This document shows positions 52,701 to 64,000 of a stretch of DNA of 64,000 bases, piece after piece. Within the stretch, counting starts at the first letter, position 1. Every line of letters begins with the position of its first letter. The stretch lies in assembly GCA_965113315.1 (NCBI GenBank), contig OZ220371.1. The stretch is one strand, 5' to 3'. Below the pieces are notes generated by a model. That model ran no database searches, had not been told where the DNA came from, and was given only the letters and a program-made list of their open reading frames with translations. Both the position numbers and the translations under genes were made by a program. The stretch comes from Podarcis vaucheri. Taxonomy: Eukaryota.

Positions 52701-55700
52701 AGGGGAGAAACAGGAGAGACCAAGGCTCTGTTTTGTACTTTTGTAAAAAGGACCATGAGGTCATATGTTGGTTTCTACAAGATGTACATTGTGTTTCAAG
52801 CGCTAATGTTGCGTTTTGAATGTGGTTAGGCTGAGGCAGTTCTTTCTATTGGCTGTGTAAGAATTACTGCTTCTGAAGACATTGATTCAACACAGTAAAA
52901 ATCACTGAGTGCAAGGAATGCTGAATCAGGTCCCAACCGAGCCTGCCAGATACTTAACATGCACTGAAAGCAAATTATAAATACATTAATCCAAGAAGTT
53001 GGAAGGGTTTCAGCAGCTGTGGTATTCCGTTTGGGGACTTGATGCTCCATGGCATTCAAAACACAAACGAATACACAAACAAACAGGAAACAAGACATGA
53101 AATAGCAACTAAAAAGGAGCCAGAGCGATGCTATCTAAAGGCTGATAAAATTGCTTTTAACTACGGATCATGTTGTGACTCTGTTTATTGCATATAGTGC
53201 TGAAGTAAGCAAAACTGTGTCAGGAACACAGGTAGGTGCTACCGGTGATGTTACATCCATCAAGGAGTCTCCCCCATCACCCTGAATAGAATTTTGGGAT
53301 TTGTTAGAAGCATGTTGCTTCTGGGGTTACCTCAGCCTATTAGCATCCAGGCACCTTGGGACAAACTATTGCAGGGTTGGCTGCTGCCCAGTGGGACTGG
53401 TAGAACGTAAGGCAGGAGGCCAACAGTAGATGGAGCCACAGCCAATGACAGGTGGAGCAAAGACCAGTGATGGTTGGAACCAACTAATTGTAGTTCTCAT
53501 TTCTCCTTTTGCTGAGTTCTACAAGGGCAACACTGAGCCTAAGGAGGAGGAGGCTGACAGTCAGTGCCACCCTCTGAACTTGTAAGGTAAGAAGCCAGCA
53601 AAAGACTTGTGGTGGCTAAGGGTAGATTGAGGTGGTTGGGTGCAGTGCTTCGAATGGACTCGCCTCCACTGAACTATTATACATGACCACTGGACCGTTT
53701 TTATCTGTGCAACTGGAACTTTTATAGGTGTTACCTAGGCTGGATCTAGACACATCCAATAAGTGATTCAGTTAAACACGTTGTAACCGTTATACAGGGG
53801 AATCCCATTGGCAAAAGACTGGATTCCACAGTGCCATCTGGTGTCACAGTGTTATAACGCATATAAAGTGTTTTATCTTTACAAATGTAGCTGAGTCCCT
53901 AGTGTTCATTTTGAACCTGTTGATTGATATTAGGGAGGGCCTCTTCATTGTACTGTTTTCAATGCCTATTACAAAAAAGAAGGAATTGGTTCAAGCCTAT
54001 CTAACCATGTAAATTTGACATGCAATTCTACGTTATTTATTTTGAATGTGTATTGTAAAAACTGGTTTCATTTCCATTTTCAAAAAACAAATAAGGTTAA
54101 CTTCTTTTTAATATCTGATTTTCACAGTAATTTTAATGTATGTTTTATGCAAGCCACTGTGAGGCTTTGATGATTAAGCAGTTTATAAATTTGATTAAGT
54201 AAATAAAAATGAATAATAGGAAAGAAGCACCCCATTCTAAAATCTATGACTCTGCAGAATGCCAGCTGACATGAACAGGGATTCTGGTAGTAAACTCCTT
54301 GGGTTGTCAGCCCGCAAAATGCACCCTGGATGCAGCCCTTTGAACCTCTCCCTAATGCAGGCAAAACGGAAGGCATGCATCATTCTGCCATGGTCCTGCT
54401 GCCCGCCTCCTTCCACACCAGCTGTTCTTTACTGAAGAAGCAAAAACAACAGCAGATGAGGTGAGGGTAGATGGCAAGTCTGGGAAGAGAATGGTTGGGA
54501 AGAGCAGAAGCAGACATGTCTCTTTCTCTGAGGATCAGGAGATCTGGCCTGCAACCCCATACCCATTTGGTTCTGGTAGACATGTATAGGACTGTACTTT
54601 TAAAGGAGTGTGTCCAGTGTCCAGTTTTTTAGATAGTGGAAACTCCACAACTTCCACTGAACTGCCAATCACTTGGTCTTTCTGCAGTGACACTCATGTA
54701 AGAAATACTGAATATATTAAAAATAAAATAAATCAATTTGTCTAACAAATAGGGAATTCTGACAATTCAAATCATTTTTCAATGGCCATGGAAAATATTG
54801 TCCGCAACTCAAGAAAAAAAGCATAATCTCCTTCATCATATTTAGAGTAAAATAGCTGCCGTCTATATAAAAGCTTTAGCGCAGACCAAGGTGAATAATA
54901 AAGAAAAGGACAATTGCAGGAATTCATGGAATGTCTAATAAAATTTCTTGTCATTCAATTTAGAGAGAAACGAGACTCAAGTTAGCCCATCAAACTCTCT
55001 CCAATTATTCAAAGATTAAAATGAGAGTCCAGTCTGTTTTGTTCTATTTCAATAAACAGTCTTTGATTGTAACACTGGTTTCCTTAACAGCCACAAATTA
55101 TTCCTGAAAGCATCAGATTCCTGGAGTGTTTCCTCGCTGCTGGGGAGACAGCATTTTAAAATGTTCTGTTAGCTGGGAACTGAACAAACGGTAGCACCAT
55201 GAAAACAGGCTATAAAATGCAATGCTACACACCAAGCCTCAGCAAAGACACACTGAGTACAGAACTCTTTGTACAGAAGGATGTCAACGTGATTTTTACT
55301 GAGAGCTTTGATTCGTTTACATAAACTGTATTTAGCTCAGCTGAAGTTATATACATTTTCGCTATTTGGCGTTATTAGAGTGCAAAAATGTATAGTGGAC
55401 ATGTTGTGTTCTGTTGTGAAGATGATGCTGTCTTGTCTTGCCTCAGTAATGGACTGGATGAGAGCCAACAAACTGAAGCTGAATCCAGATAAAACTGGAT
55501 GGATGGGAGGTTGCCTGCTCTTGATGAGCTTACATTTCCTCTGAAGGAGCAGGTACACAGCTTGGGGGGTAATTCTGGATCTATTGCTGTGGCTTGAGGC
55601 TCAGGTGGCCCTGGTGGCACAGACCGCCTTCCATCAGCTTTGGCTGGTAGCCTAGCTGTGCACCTATCTGAACAGAGAAAGCCTAACATCTGTTGTCTAT

Positions 55701-55837
55701 GCTCTGGTAACCTCTAAGTTAGATTTCTGCAACTCAATATAGGTGTGACTGCTTCTGAATATGATTCAGAAACTTCAGCTGGTGCAGAATTCAGCGGCCA
55801 GGTGGCTCAGAGGGCATGATGGTTTGAGCATATAACT

Positions 55838-56315
55838 TATGGTTACCAGATTTTTTTCAATGGATCCGCCCCCCCCTTTTTTTTTGAAGCTGAGTAGCAA
55901 CAGGGAGTCAGTAGTGGGGATGGTGAGGCAAAAGACCCTGGGCCCAAGCATCATGCGTATTGTATAAAGGTGCAAAGCTCTTCTTTCGCACCCTGTGGAA
56001 CATTAATGCACAGAGTTTTTTTTAAAAAACTGGGCAATGGCTGGCTGGCCACAACTCCCGAGCCTCCCCCAATCAGTCAAAACAAAGAGGGGAGGGGACA
56101 GGAGATCACACAAGACACATCATATGCACACAAGACACATCATATGGGGACTTCTGGCTAGGAAAAATGGTGGGCGCCATGGCAGCGAGCAGCTCCTGAA
56201 GCCAGCCAGAGCCAACTGCGCTACCAGGCTGGCTCCAGGCACTGCCACGTTTCCCGAGGGCAGATTTGCAAATCTGGGGACTGTCAATGGGAACCGGGGA
56301 CGTCTGGTAACCCTA
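55838..56315. mobile_element. hAT non-autonomous element nested in L2
   Basis: TIRs tatggttaccaga / tctggtaacccta; perfect 8-bp TSD atataact at 55830-55837 and 56316-56323. Confidence 0.9.
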
Positions 56316-56657
56316 ATATAACTGTCTGTCAATTAGTTTCTAGGCCCAATTCAAAGTGCTGGTTTTGAACCATAGAGCCTCAAAGGGCTCAGGACCACAA
56401 TACCTCAGGGACTGCATCTCCACATTTGAACCAACCCAGACCCTGCAATCACCATCTCAGGCCCTTCTTCACGTGCCTCCTCCACAAGAGGTCCAGAGGT
56501 GGGCAACACGAGAATGGGCCACAAGCTCTTCACTTGTGGAATGCTCTTTGTGGGGAGGCTAACCTGGCACCTTCATTTCATACCTTAAGACGCGAGGCAA
56601 AAAAATTCCCTCTTTTCCAGGCCTTTGGCTAATTAAACATAATCTATGTCCTTTTAA

Positions 56658-57008
56658 CGTGGGTGGCGCTGTGGGTTAAACCACAGAGCCTAGGACTTGC
56701 CGATCAGAAGGTCGGCGGTTTGAATCCCCGCAACGGGGTTAGCTCCCGTTGCTCGGTCCCAGCTCCTGCCAACCTAGCAGTTCGAAAGCACGTCAAAGTG
56801 CAAGTAGATAAATAGGTACCACTCCGGCGGGAAGGTAAATGGTGTTTCCGTGCGCTGCTCTGGTTCGTCAGAAGCGGCTTAGTCATGCTGGCCACATGAC
56901 CCGGAAGCTGTACGCTGGCTCCCTTGGCCAATAAAGCGAGATGAGCACCGCAACCCCAGAGCAGGCCACGACTGGACCTAATGGTCAGGGGTCCCTTTAC
57001 CTTTGCCT
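56658..57008 (+). mobile_element. Sauria SINE (Squam1), copy 1
   Basis: A box ggtggcgctgtgg, B box ggtttgaatcc, acctttg-type tail; 13-bp TSD tatgtccttttaa at 56645-56657 and 57009-57021. Confidence 0.93.
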
Positions 57009-57074
57009 TATGTCCTTTTAAACTGTGTGTGTAGGCTGAGCCTTCTTTTTGTTCGTTATAGTTATTTGTTCGTT

Positions 57075-57198
57075 ATGTAATGTTTAATGCTGTATTGTGT
57101 TTTAATATTCAGTTGGGAGCCGCCCAGAGTGGCTGGGGAAACCCAGCCAGATGGGCGGGGTATAAATAATTTAAAAAATTAAAAGAAAGAAAGAAAAA
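57075..57198 (+). mobile_element. Short L2-type 3' tail nested in the older L2 UTR
   Basis: gccgcccagagtggctggggaaacccagccagatgggcggggtataaataat, as at 1882-1933. Confidence 0.7.
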
Positions 57199-57515
57199 GT
57201 TGTTATGGTATGTATTTTTGTTTTTTAATATTGTAAAGCGCCCTGTGTTCTTCGGACAAAGGGCAGTTTGGAAACAACAACAACAACAACAAAAACAGGC
57301 AAATATAAACTAAGGGAGGGGGAATCTATTAACTGTGGTAATTTATATACTGCCTCACAGTTTAGAAAAACAGTTCTAAGCAGTTTACTAGCATTTCAAA
57401 CATAACACACGGACATCACGAAATATCAGATGTGCCCTGCATCTGAGACATATATTTATTACTCTACATCCAGAATTTTGCGCATTGAATGAAGAAACAA
57501 GTCTGCCACCCTTAC

Positions 57516-57539
57516 CACCATCGAGCGACACCAGGTGAT
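57516..57539 (-). other. Candidate 24-nt upstream microexon of SORBS2
   Basis: tcttaccttgaattctttccatcag|ATCACCTGGTGTCGCTCGATGGTG|gtaagg; strong splice sites, CpGs retained, open in frame with the MNT exon. Confidence 0.4.
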
Positions 57540-58999
57540 CTGATGGAAAGAATTCAAGGTAAGACAGACTGTTGTACTTAAATAATGTGTTTGTGTTAAC
57601 TGAGTATGCCTCAAGCCACTGGACTGAGTGGCAATGGTGGGGAGACTTTGTGTTATTACACTATCCCTTTTAAGTGAAAACAAAGCAACAGAGCATAAAG
57701 GCATTTGACAAGCTGTCTGCTGAAAGGTGGCAATTTGATCCTTGACCTTTAGTGTTGAAATGTGGTAAGTGCTGTCTCTTTATATGGATTCCCCACCACT
57801 CATGCCCAAGATATTTAAGCCATTTTCCTGAAAACCAAACCATGTGTGTCAGACCAAAAATGTCAAGGAAGCGACACAAATTGACAGCACAATATGCACA
57901 TTTCACGGGTGGTTTTTATAGCTGCAAAAATAGTTCTTTACAGTGAAGCAAATAATAAAGAGTTCTTTTTAGATTCCAAGCATCTCCAACAAATTAGGGT
58001 TTATTTAGCCATTCAGATGGTGCATGCAATTTTTTTGGCTTCAAAATTAAACGGGAAGAAAACAACTTTTGAATAAACACCTACTTCACATTCACAGCCT
58101 GAAATTTGCTTTATATTATCTGGCTTCTTCATGCTCCCATGCATTCTTTCATTACCCAAAATTAATTGGACAGTGGTAATCCTTGGACATTGCTTCTTCT
58201 TCTTTTTGTCTACATTATGTCAAAAGGGTCTGGCACATATAGATGTGCACTGTCAATTAAAAAGTGGCCAGGCACAAGCTCTCTAAAACATGTGGAACAG
58301 ACTGAGAGTCCTTTCTGGTTTCGTGCGTTTATTTAGACATTTTTCTTCTTCTCCCCCCCCCCATCAAAATATCAAAGAATCAAGTAGCTGCTTCTCAGAC
58401 ATTAGACACTACCTTCCTAGACATTGCAAATAGCTAGCTTCAAGTCCAATCCACAGATGCTCCTGCAGCAAATATGAATTTAATAAAAGCCGGAACAGCT
58501 TGTAATCTGTACCATCATGCCAGATCTGAAAGCCAACTCAGGAAGATGAATTGGTGCACTAACATGGCTTGGTCCTGCTACTCTGGTGATTGCCAGAAGG
58601 TTTGGAGCAGGAGCCTTGGAGACCAGGGGCTCGTTTTCTACTCACTGGAGCACAAAGGCAGCTGGTGTCTTCTGCAAGGAAGAAATGAACCATGCAAAGC
58701 CAATGAGTTATTAAGAGAAAGCTCATGAAAATCAAGGACTGACTCTTTGCTCTCAATACTGTCAACCAGCAGAGATGGGGAAAACATAGCCAGTCGTTTC
58801 CAATGGTTGGGAAGTGGGATTGACTCTGGTTCTCCACTTGATGATCTATTTTGTGGATGTGTCCAAGAGGAACAATTCCCTCCCCTCCCCAGCACTTTCC
58901 CCTAGGAAAGTCTACATCTGACTCTGAATATTTAAGTGATGAAATTTTTAAGACACAAATTAGAATGCTTGCCAAGTAAGAATGGTCAAGTTCACTTTT

Positions 59000-59122
59000 A
59001 GAATGGGGTGGTGACATCTTGGGCATTCAGATGTTGTTGGGCTCCTACTCCCACCAGCGTATTCAGAACAGCTGGTGGTCAGGATGATGTTAGACAGCAT
59101 CTTCTGGTTCCTCACCCTGGTT
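59000..59122. mobile_element. Degraded hAT MITE of the 46192 family
   Basis: cagatgttgttgggctcctactccca...tggtcaggatgatg...cctcaccctg; similar core, decayed TIRs. Confidence 0.5.
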
Positions 59123-62100
59123 TAGAAACGTTAGCCCCTTTACCCTGCTGTGTTTGAAACAAAAAGAAAGCAGATTGTATAATCAGCTGTTTAAAGAGTA
59201 ACTCAAGCATGCCAGCCTCTTTCAATCTCTGAATTAGACACAAGCAATTCCACAAAATGTTGCTTTGCCCTAGTGAGGCTCTCAAACTAAGTTTGTTGTC
59301 CCGACTTTGAAGAATCTAGTGGTTTAGCAAAATGATTGTGGCAGTGGCACTCAACTTATGTGAGGTCACCTTAAGTGCTGCCTGAAAAAACCCTCAAGAA
59401 TTTAGAAGCAGTAACACAATACTGTCTATGTTGTGGACACAGTGCGTGCATGTAACCCTCAAGATGGAGCTAAGCCTATTTACGCTATTAAAAACTAAAA
59501 GCTGCATGCATTATTATTAGAATCACACAAGATGTCAGGGCAGTCTGTCCTCCCAAGTATGAGTGCAGTGCCCTCACACACTTGCAGCACTGACTGTATT
59601 TCACATCAGTCCAATGGCAATTTTGACAGCACTTGCAATTTTCAGCTACGTGAAGACCCCCAAAAATCACAGACCATGCGTCTGCTGTTAACCCAACTTG
59701 TACACACAATGCTGCCTCCTGTTTTATACCTAATATAGTCCTGCAAGTCTTGTCACTATTAAAAGCAAAATATCTGCTATTCTGCCCCCCTATAAATAGC
59801 CAAAGTAAACATGACCACGAAAATTAAACTTGGCAGGGCTGAAAAACTCACATGATTATGAACAGTTAAAATAACTGCTTGGCTTTAACAATTGCCAGCA
59901 CTTAAGCCTAAAAACCTTTGAGATTTACTTCATTTCAAGCCTGAACTGAACCAGTTATCTACTTGTTTCTTCTGCCATTGTTCAGATTCAACATTTATCC
60001 ATAGCTACCCTTTCAATTTTCTTCTAATTAATTAATGACCAGGAATGTTGTAAAGATTTTATTCCAGTTAGCATCTTAATTAGTGACCAGGAATAAGTTG
60101 CATCAGCATTTAGTTGCTGAAAAAGCAGAATGAATTAAAACAAAGGAAACCTGCTAATACTGTTAAGAACACTAATTCATAGAGATCTGTTGAGATAGAA
60201 AGCCTTCAATAAAATGTGATTTACCAGCCGAATTAGGTCTGGAGCTAGAAGTCATGTGTGAAAAATTAAAGAAGGCATCATTCTGAAAGAGGTCTTCAGG
60301 AGAATGGAAATTTCTCTGGAGAAGTTAGTAAAAAAAAAAAAAAAAGAGAGAGAGAAGCAGAATGGGAGTCGGAGGTTGAAGGCAATTAATTATGTTTCCC
60401 ATTAATATGACTCTGGAGAAATTCTGCCTGCGCTATTACATTTATTAATGCCTTTTATCCCAGATGATAGAAGCTATTACCACAGTGTGTATGCTAACTA
60501 CTGACTGACCTCTATTGCATTCATATGCAAGGCTTCTTCAATCTTTAATTTGTTTAGATTATTGTCTTGTCCTGCCTAGAAGACTCTGCATAGGGCATTA
60601 TGCATTTGAAACAAAGCCCAACAATAATAGCATGTAAAGAACTGTCATATACATGCCCAAAACACCAGAAGTTAAAACTGTTGAAAAGGAGAGTGCAATC
60701 CTCTCCACAGCATCCAGTACCAGCTTCATCCTAGTCCCCAGAAACCAACTTGAATAGGATGATATTGCAACTCTCTCTCTCTCTCTTTTTGAAGATATGA
60801 AAGTTCCTGCAGGGAATTAAGAGTTCCACAATGGTGGAAAAGCTGCCAATTTTCCAAGCACACTTTTCATTTGACTTTTGCATGCATGGCTTTGCAAATA
60901 AGGCTCGCATGAGCAGATGCTGAGAGCAGACCATTTTTCAGGTGGGCAAACCAAATGCATGTTTCAGGCAGGTAAGGTAGAGCTAAGATAGATGAAGGCC
61001 CATATTCTGATGTGGAGAGAGAAAACGTGAGCATCCCAGTTCAGTTTTCTGCATTTCCACATCAGTTTGTGGTTTGTTTGTTTTTAAAGTCCTCCTGAAA
61101 ATTCGCCAGCATTTTAGTGCAAACCTTCTTTAATACTTTTGCAAAGCAATCTCTCCTAATATAATCCATTCTTGTATATTATTTTGAGTAATATATGCAT
61201 GAACACACACACACACACACTTCACCATAGTATATGCTTTTTGTACACTTTCCTTGGCTGGAGAAGTGTGAATCTTGAAGGATGGCTGTGTTTTGGTTGA
61301 CCAGGCCTGATAAACATACCAGAATCCTGGCCTTTTGCCACTGCCTAGTCAACAAGGCAATGTGTTCTGTTCGCTGAACTTCAGGCTCTATATTTGCCAC
61401 TTTCCAATTCAAGGCAGTCACTGAACTCAAGGGCCTCCAAGCCTATATTTGGATATGGCTACCCACAGCCTTGGCCTGGCCTTGACAGCCAGATACCTTT
61501 CCATACCCCAGCCTTCTTTGACATTAGGACAGCTCAGCCAGTTATCACGGGAGGCTTTAACAAAACCACTACAAAAGCCCTTAGTGTGTTACAGGTAAAA
61601 AGAAATGATACGTTTTTAAAGGCATACTTCCTTCTAGTGCTGATCAGTATCTCCTTTATATCTTGTTTAATCTGATACAAACTAAATGACATGGCTGCCT
61701 ACTAAGGGAAGCAAAAATGAACAAGAAATATAAATTGCCTTTTTATACGATTATGTCGTTCTTTTCTATTGCATACATTTGTGCACAGTGGCATGCAGTT
61801 TAAGAAATCCTCTTTCATTTTTTTCTCTGGACTTAATAATTTTGTTAGGTAAGTAAAGCTAGATTTCTAAGACAATTTTATGACACATTTAGTGGATGCA
61901 TCCCTCTAAATGTGCATTTTAACAGCAGGTTATGAAACGGGTAAGGCAGCAATATATATATATAATCATTATGGGTATGAAACGAGATTAATTCTAATTC
62001 TGAGCTTTAAATTGCTGTTCCTGCTCAACTTGCTTCAGTTGTATTTCTCTGTTCTGCTATCTAAAAACAAGGACATTCAGTCTGCATCTATTTCTAATAC

Positions 62101-62921
62101 CTGATGATTATTAAAAGTCATATATATTTTGCTACTGGACCAGTCAGGAAAACCTCTTCATTTCCCTTTTGTAGCATCCAATATAGACAGATTCTGGAGC
62201 TGGCTGTCAGAATCGATGGCAAACAATCACAGACTCTTATTTCCCACTTTCTACTTAGCAACATGACTATATGGAAGAACTAGAGCTACTGTCTGAAAGT
62301 TAAAAACCCACTAGTCCTCATTATCAGCTTATATTACAGCACTTTCAAATGTGTGATGAACTTTACAACAGTTGTGATTTAGCCTAATGTGGCTAAATAA
62401 AAAATACAGACAAGGAAGGGTTCAGCAAACAGTTGCATAACTAGAGTGGGTGTGAGGAATGTCCCAAACTATGTGCAAGATGTAGGATAATCAGTCTCAT
62501 ATAACCAACATGCTTAAGTCTAATTAATGCATGAAGGGGTTAATACCATAGAGTAAGCTGTCCTGTCAGGCTTAGTATGTCCAGTTTCTCTCACCTTGGG
62601 AGGAACTAGGTACCTGAGTAACTCAGTGTGTGAAGAGGTTAGAGCTGATTGCTCCAGCGCAGACTGCATGGCTCAAAATTATCCACATGGAATTCGTAAA
62701 ATTGACATAAACTGTAAATAATAGTTTTAGTAATGTCACATGGGCATTATTTTGAAATATGAAAAACATTTATATATGTAAAATATATTTAGTTAAAATA
62801 ATTTTGGCTCAAATTTACCTGTTAATAAATTGTTCCTACGTCATTTTGTTAAATTGGGATGTTTACTGGAGCTTCAATTTAATTTGAATGAGCTAACTTG
62901 CCTTGGGGGACAAGTTAGCTT

Positions 62922-63286
62922 GGGGGACGCGGGTGGCGCTGTGGGTTAAAGCCTCAGCGCCTAGGACTTGCTGATCGAAAGGTCGGCGGTTCGAATCCCT
63001 GCGGCGGGGTGCGCTCCCGTCGTTCGGTCCCAGCGCCTGCCAACCTAGCAGTTCGAAAGCACCCTCGGGTGCAAGTAGATAAATAGGGGCCGCTTACTAG
63101 CGAGAAGGTAAACGGTGTTCCGTGTGCTGCGCTGGCTCACCAGGTGCAGCTTGTCACGCTGGCCACGTGACCCGGAAGTGTCTGCGGACAGCGCTGGCTC
63201 CCGGCCTATAGAGTGAGATGAGCGCACAACCCTAGAGTCTGTCAAGACTGGCCCGTACAGGCAGGGGTACCTTTACCTTTACCTTT
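62922..63286 (+). mobile_element. Sauria SINE (Squam1), copy 2, full length and CpG-rich
   Basis: gggacgcgggtggcgctgtgg head, B box ggttcgaatcc, (ACCTTT)3 tail; TSD taacttgcctt at 62894-62904 and 63286-63296. Confidence 0.95.
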
Positions 63287-63559
63287 AACTTGCCTTTATA
63301 AAACAATAGTTGGGTGTTGTTTGTAATTTTTCTTATTTAAGTCTAATTCTAAATATCTAGATAATATTTATCAGTCTATTCCGCTGTGGAAAAAAAATCA
63401 TTAAACATATGATCAAAGTGGCTGTCTGGTGCTGAATATAAACAGGAAAGAAAATACAATTTGGTGTTGTTGTTTTTTTTTACAGTTTATACTGCTGTCA
63501 CTTCACTCATTTGAAAATCTTCATAACAAAGATGATAGCTCATTACTGTTACTGTTAAT

Positions 63560-63960
63560 TAAATATATATGTTAACCGACTGCAAAATGCCTCTAGGCGA
63601 CTAACAGTTAAAACAGAGCATACAACCCTACAAGCGACTAATTTTCAAAATACATGTAATCAACTTCACTGACAAAATTCCAACTTAAACAGAAATCTAA
63701 ATAAACACAAAATCCCTATTTGGAATATTAAAGCCAACGGCTGAGAAAGATGGTACTTCAAAACACCAAATACTCGCTACTGCAGATAAAACTATCAAAA
63801 TACTAAAAGGGGGAGAGTCTTGCAAGGGGGAAAGAATGATTGCAAATGGCTAGAAGGTGTACATCTCTTGGGGTGAGCATTCCAAAGGCAGGGGGCCACT
63901 GCCAAGAAGGCCCACTCTTTCTTGTTCCCATTCTGCCCATTTTAGCAGGAGGGCACTCTG
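63560..63960 (-). mobile_element. Degraded L2 LINE 3' end
   Basis: gagcattccaaaggcagggggccactgccaagaaggccc motif with an A-rich UTR; boundaries approximate. Confidence 0.5.
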
Positions 63961-64000
63961 ATAAAGCAGGAAAGGAATGAATATTAGGATAGCTTTGCTG

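Larger units (their letters stand above)
55430..57292 (+). mobile_element. L2 LINE 3' portion carrying three nested insertions
   Basis: CLASVMDWMRANKLKLNPDKT; later LQLVQNSAARWL and GSGPQYLRDCI motifs; ends tgtaaagcgccctgtg...aagggcagt plus (CAA)n. Confidence 0.85.

Noticed and set aside
58559-59026. 155-aa minus-strand ORF as an upstream exon
   Set aside because: No recognisable motif or splice boundaries, and its start overlaps a MITE remnant.
62922-63000. tRNA gene
   Set aside because: The A/B boxes are the tRNA-derived head of a Sauria SINE with body, tail and TSD.
1-64000. Prokaryote-type novel system (CRISPR array, operon, retron, defence island)
   Set aside because: The DNA is intron-rich vertebrate sequence with no regularly spaced repeat-spacer array and no gene-dense operon.

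Overview
AT-rich vertebrate genomic DNA, almost certainly from a squamate and probably a lacertid lizard (Sauria/Squam SINEs, Bov-B, squamate-type L2/CR1 tails). The window lies within the 5' half of SORBS2 (ArgBP2, sorbin and SH3 domain-containing protein 2) on the minus strand. I reconstructed 13 exons by hand (51923 down to 5950). All have GT-AG boundaries and consistent phases, and they encode the N-terminus, the SoHo domain and the first Pro-rich region. A separate internal first exon (MKAAEPLQ, 28913-28936) also joins this chain. The SH3-encoding exons must lie beyond the left edge. Almost all ORFs in the supplied track are spurious; only a few overlap real exons or LINE remnants. The introns hold many TE remnants, several nested and with readable target-site duplications (TSDs). 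I found no prokaryote-type system, CRISPR array or RNA gene. The most interesting points are the cassette architecture of SORBS2, candidate micro/poison exons, an unusual SINE 5' junction and a dispersed ~80-bp palindromic repeat family. Homology statements come from my recall of mammalian SORBS2 and repeat families, not from a search.
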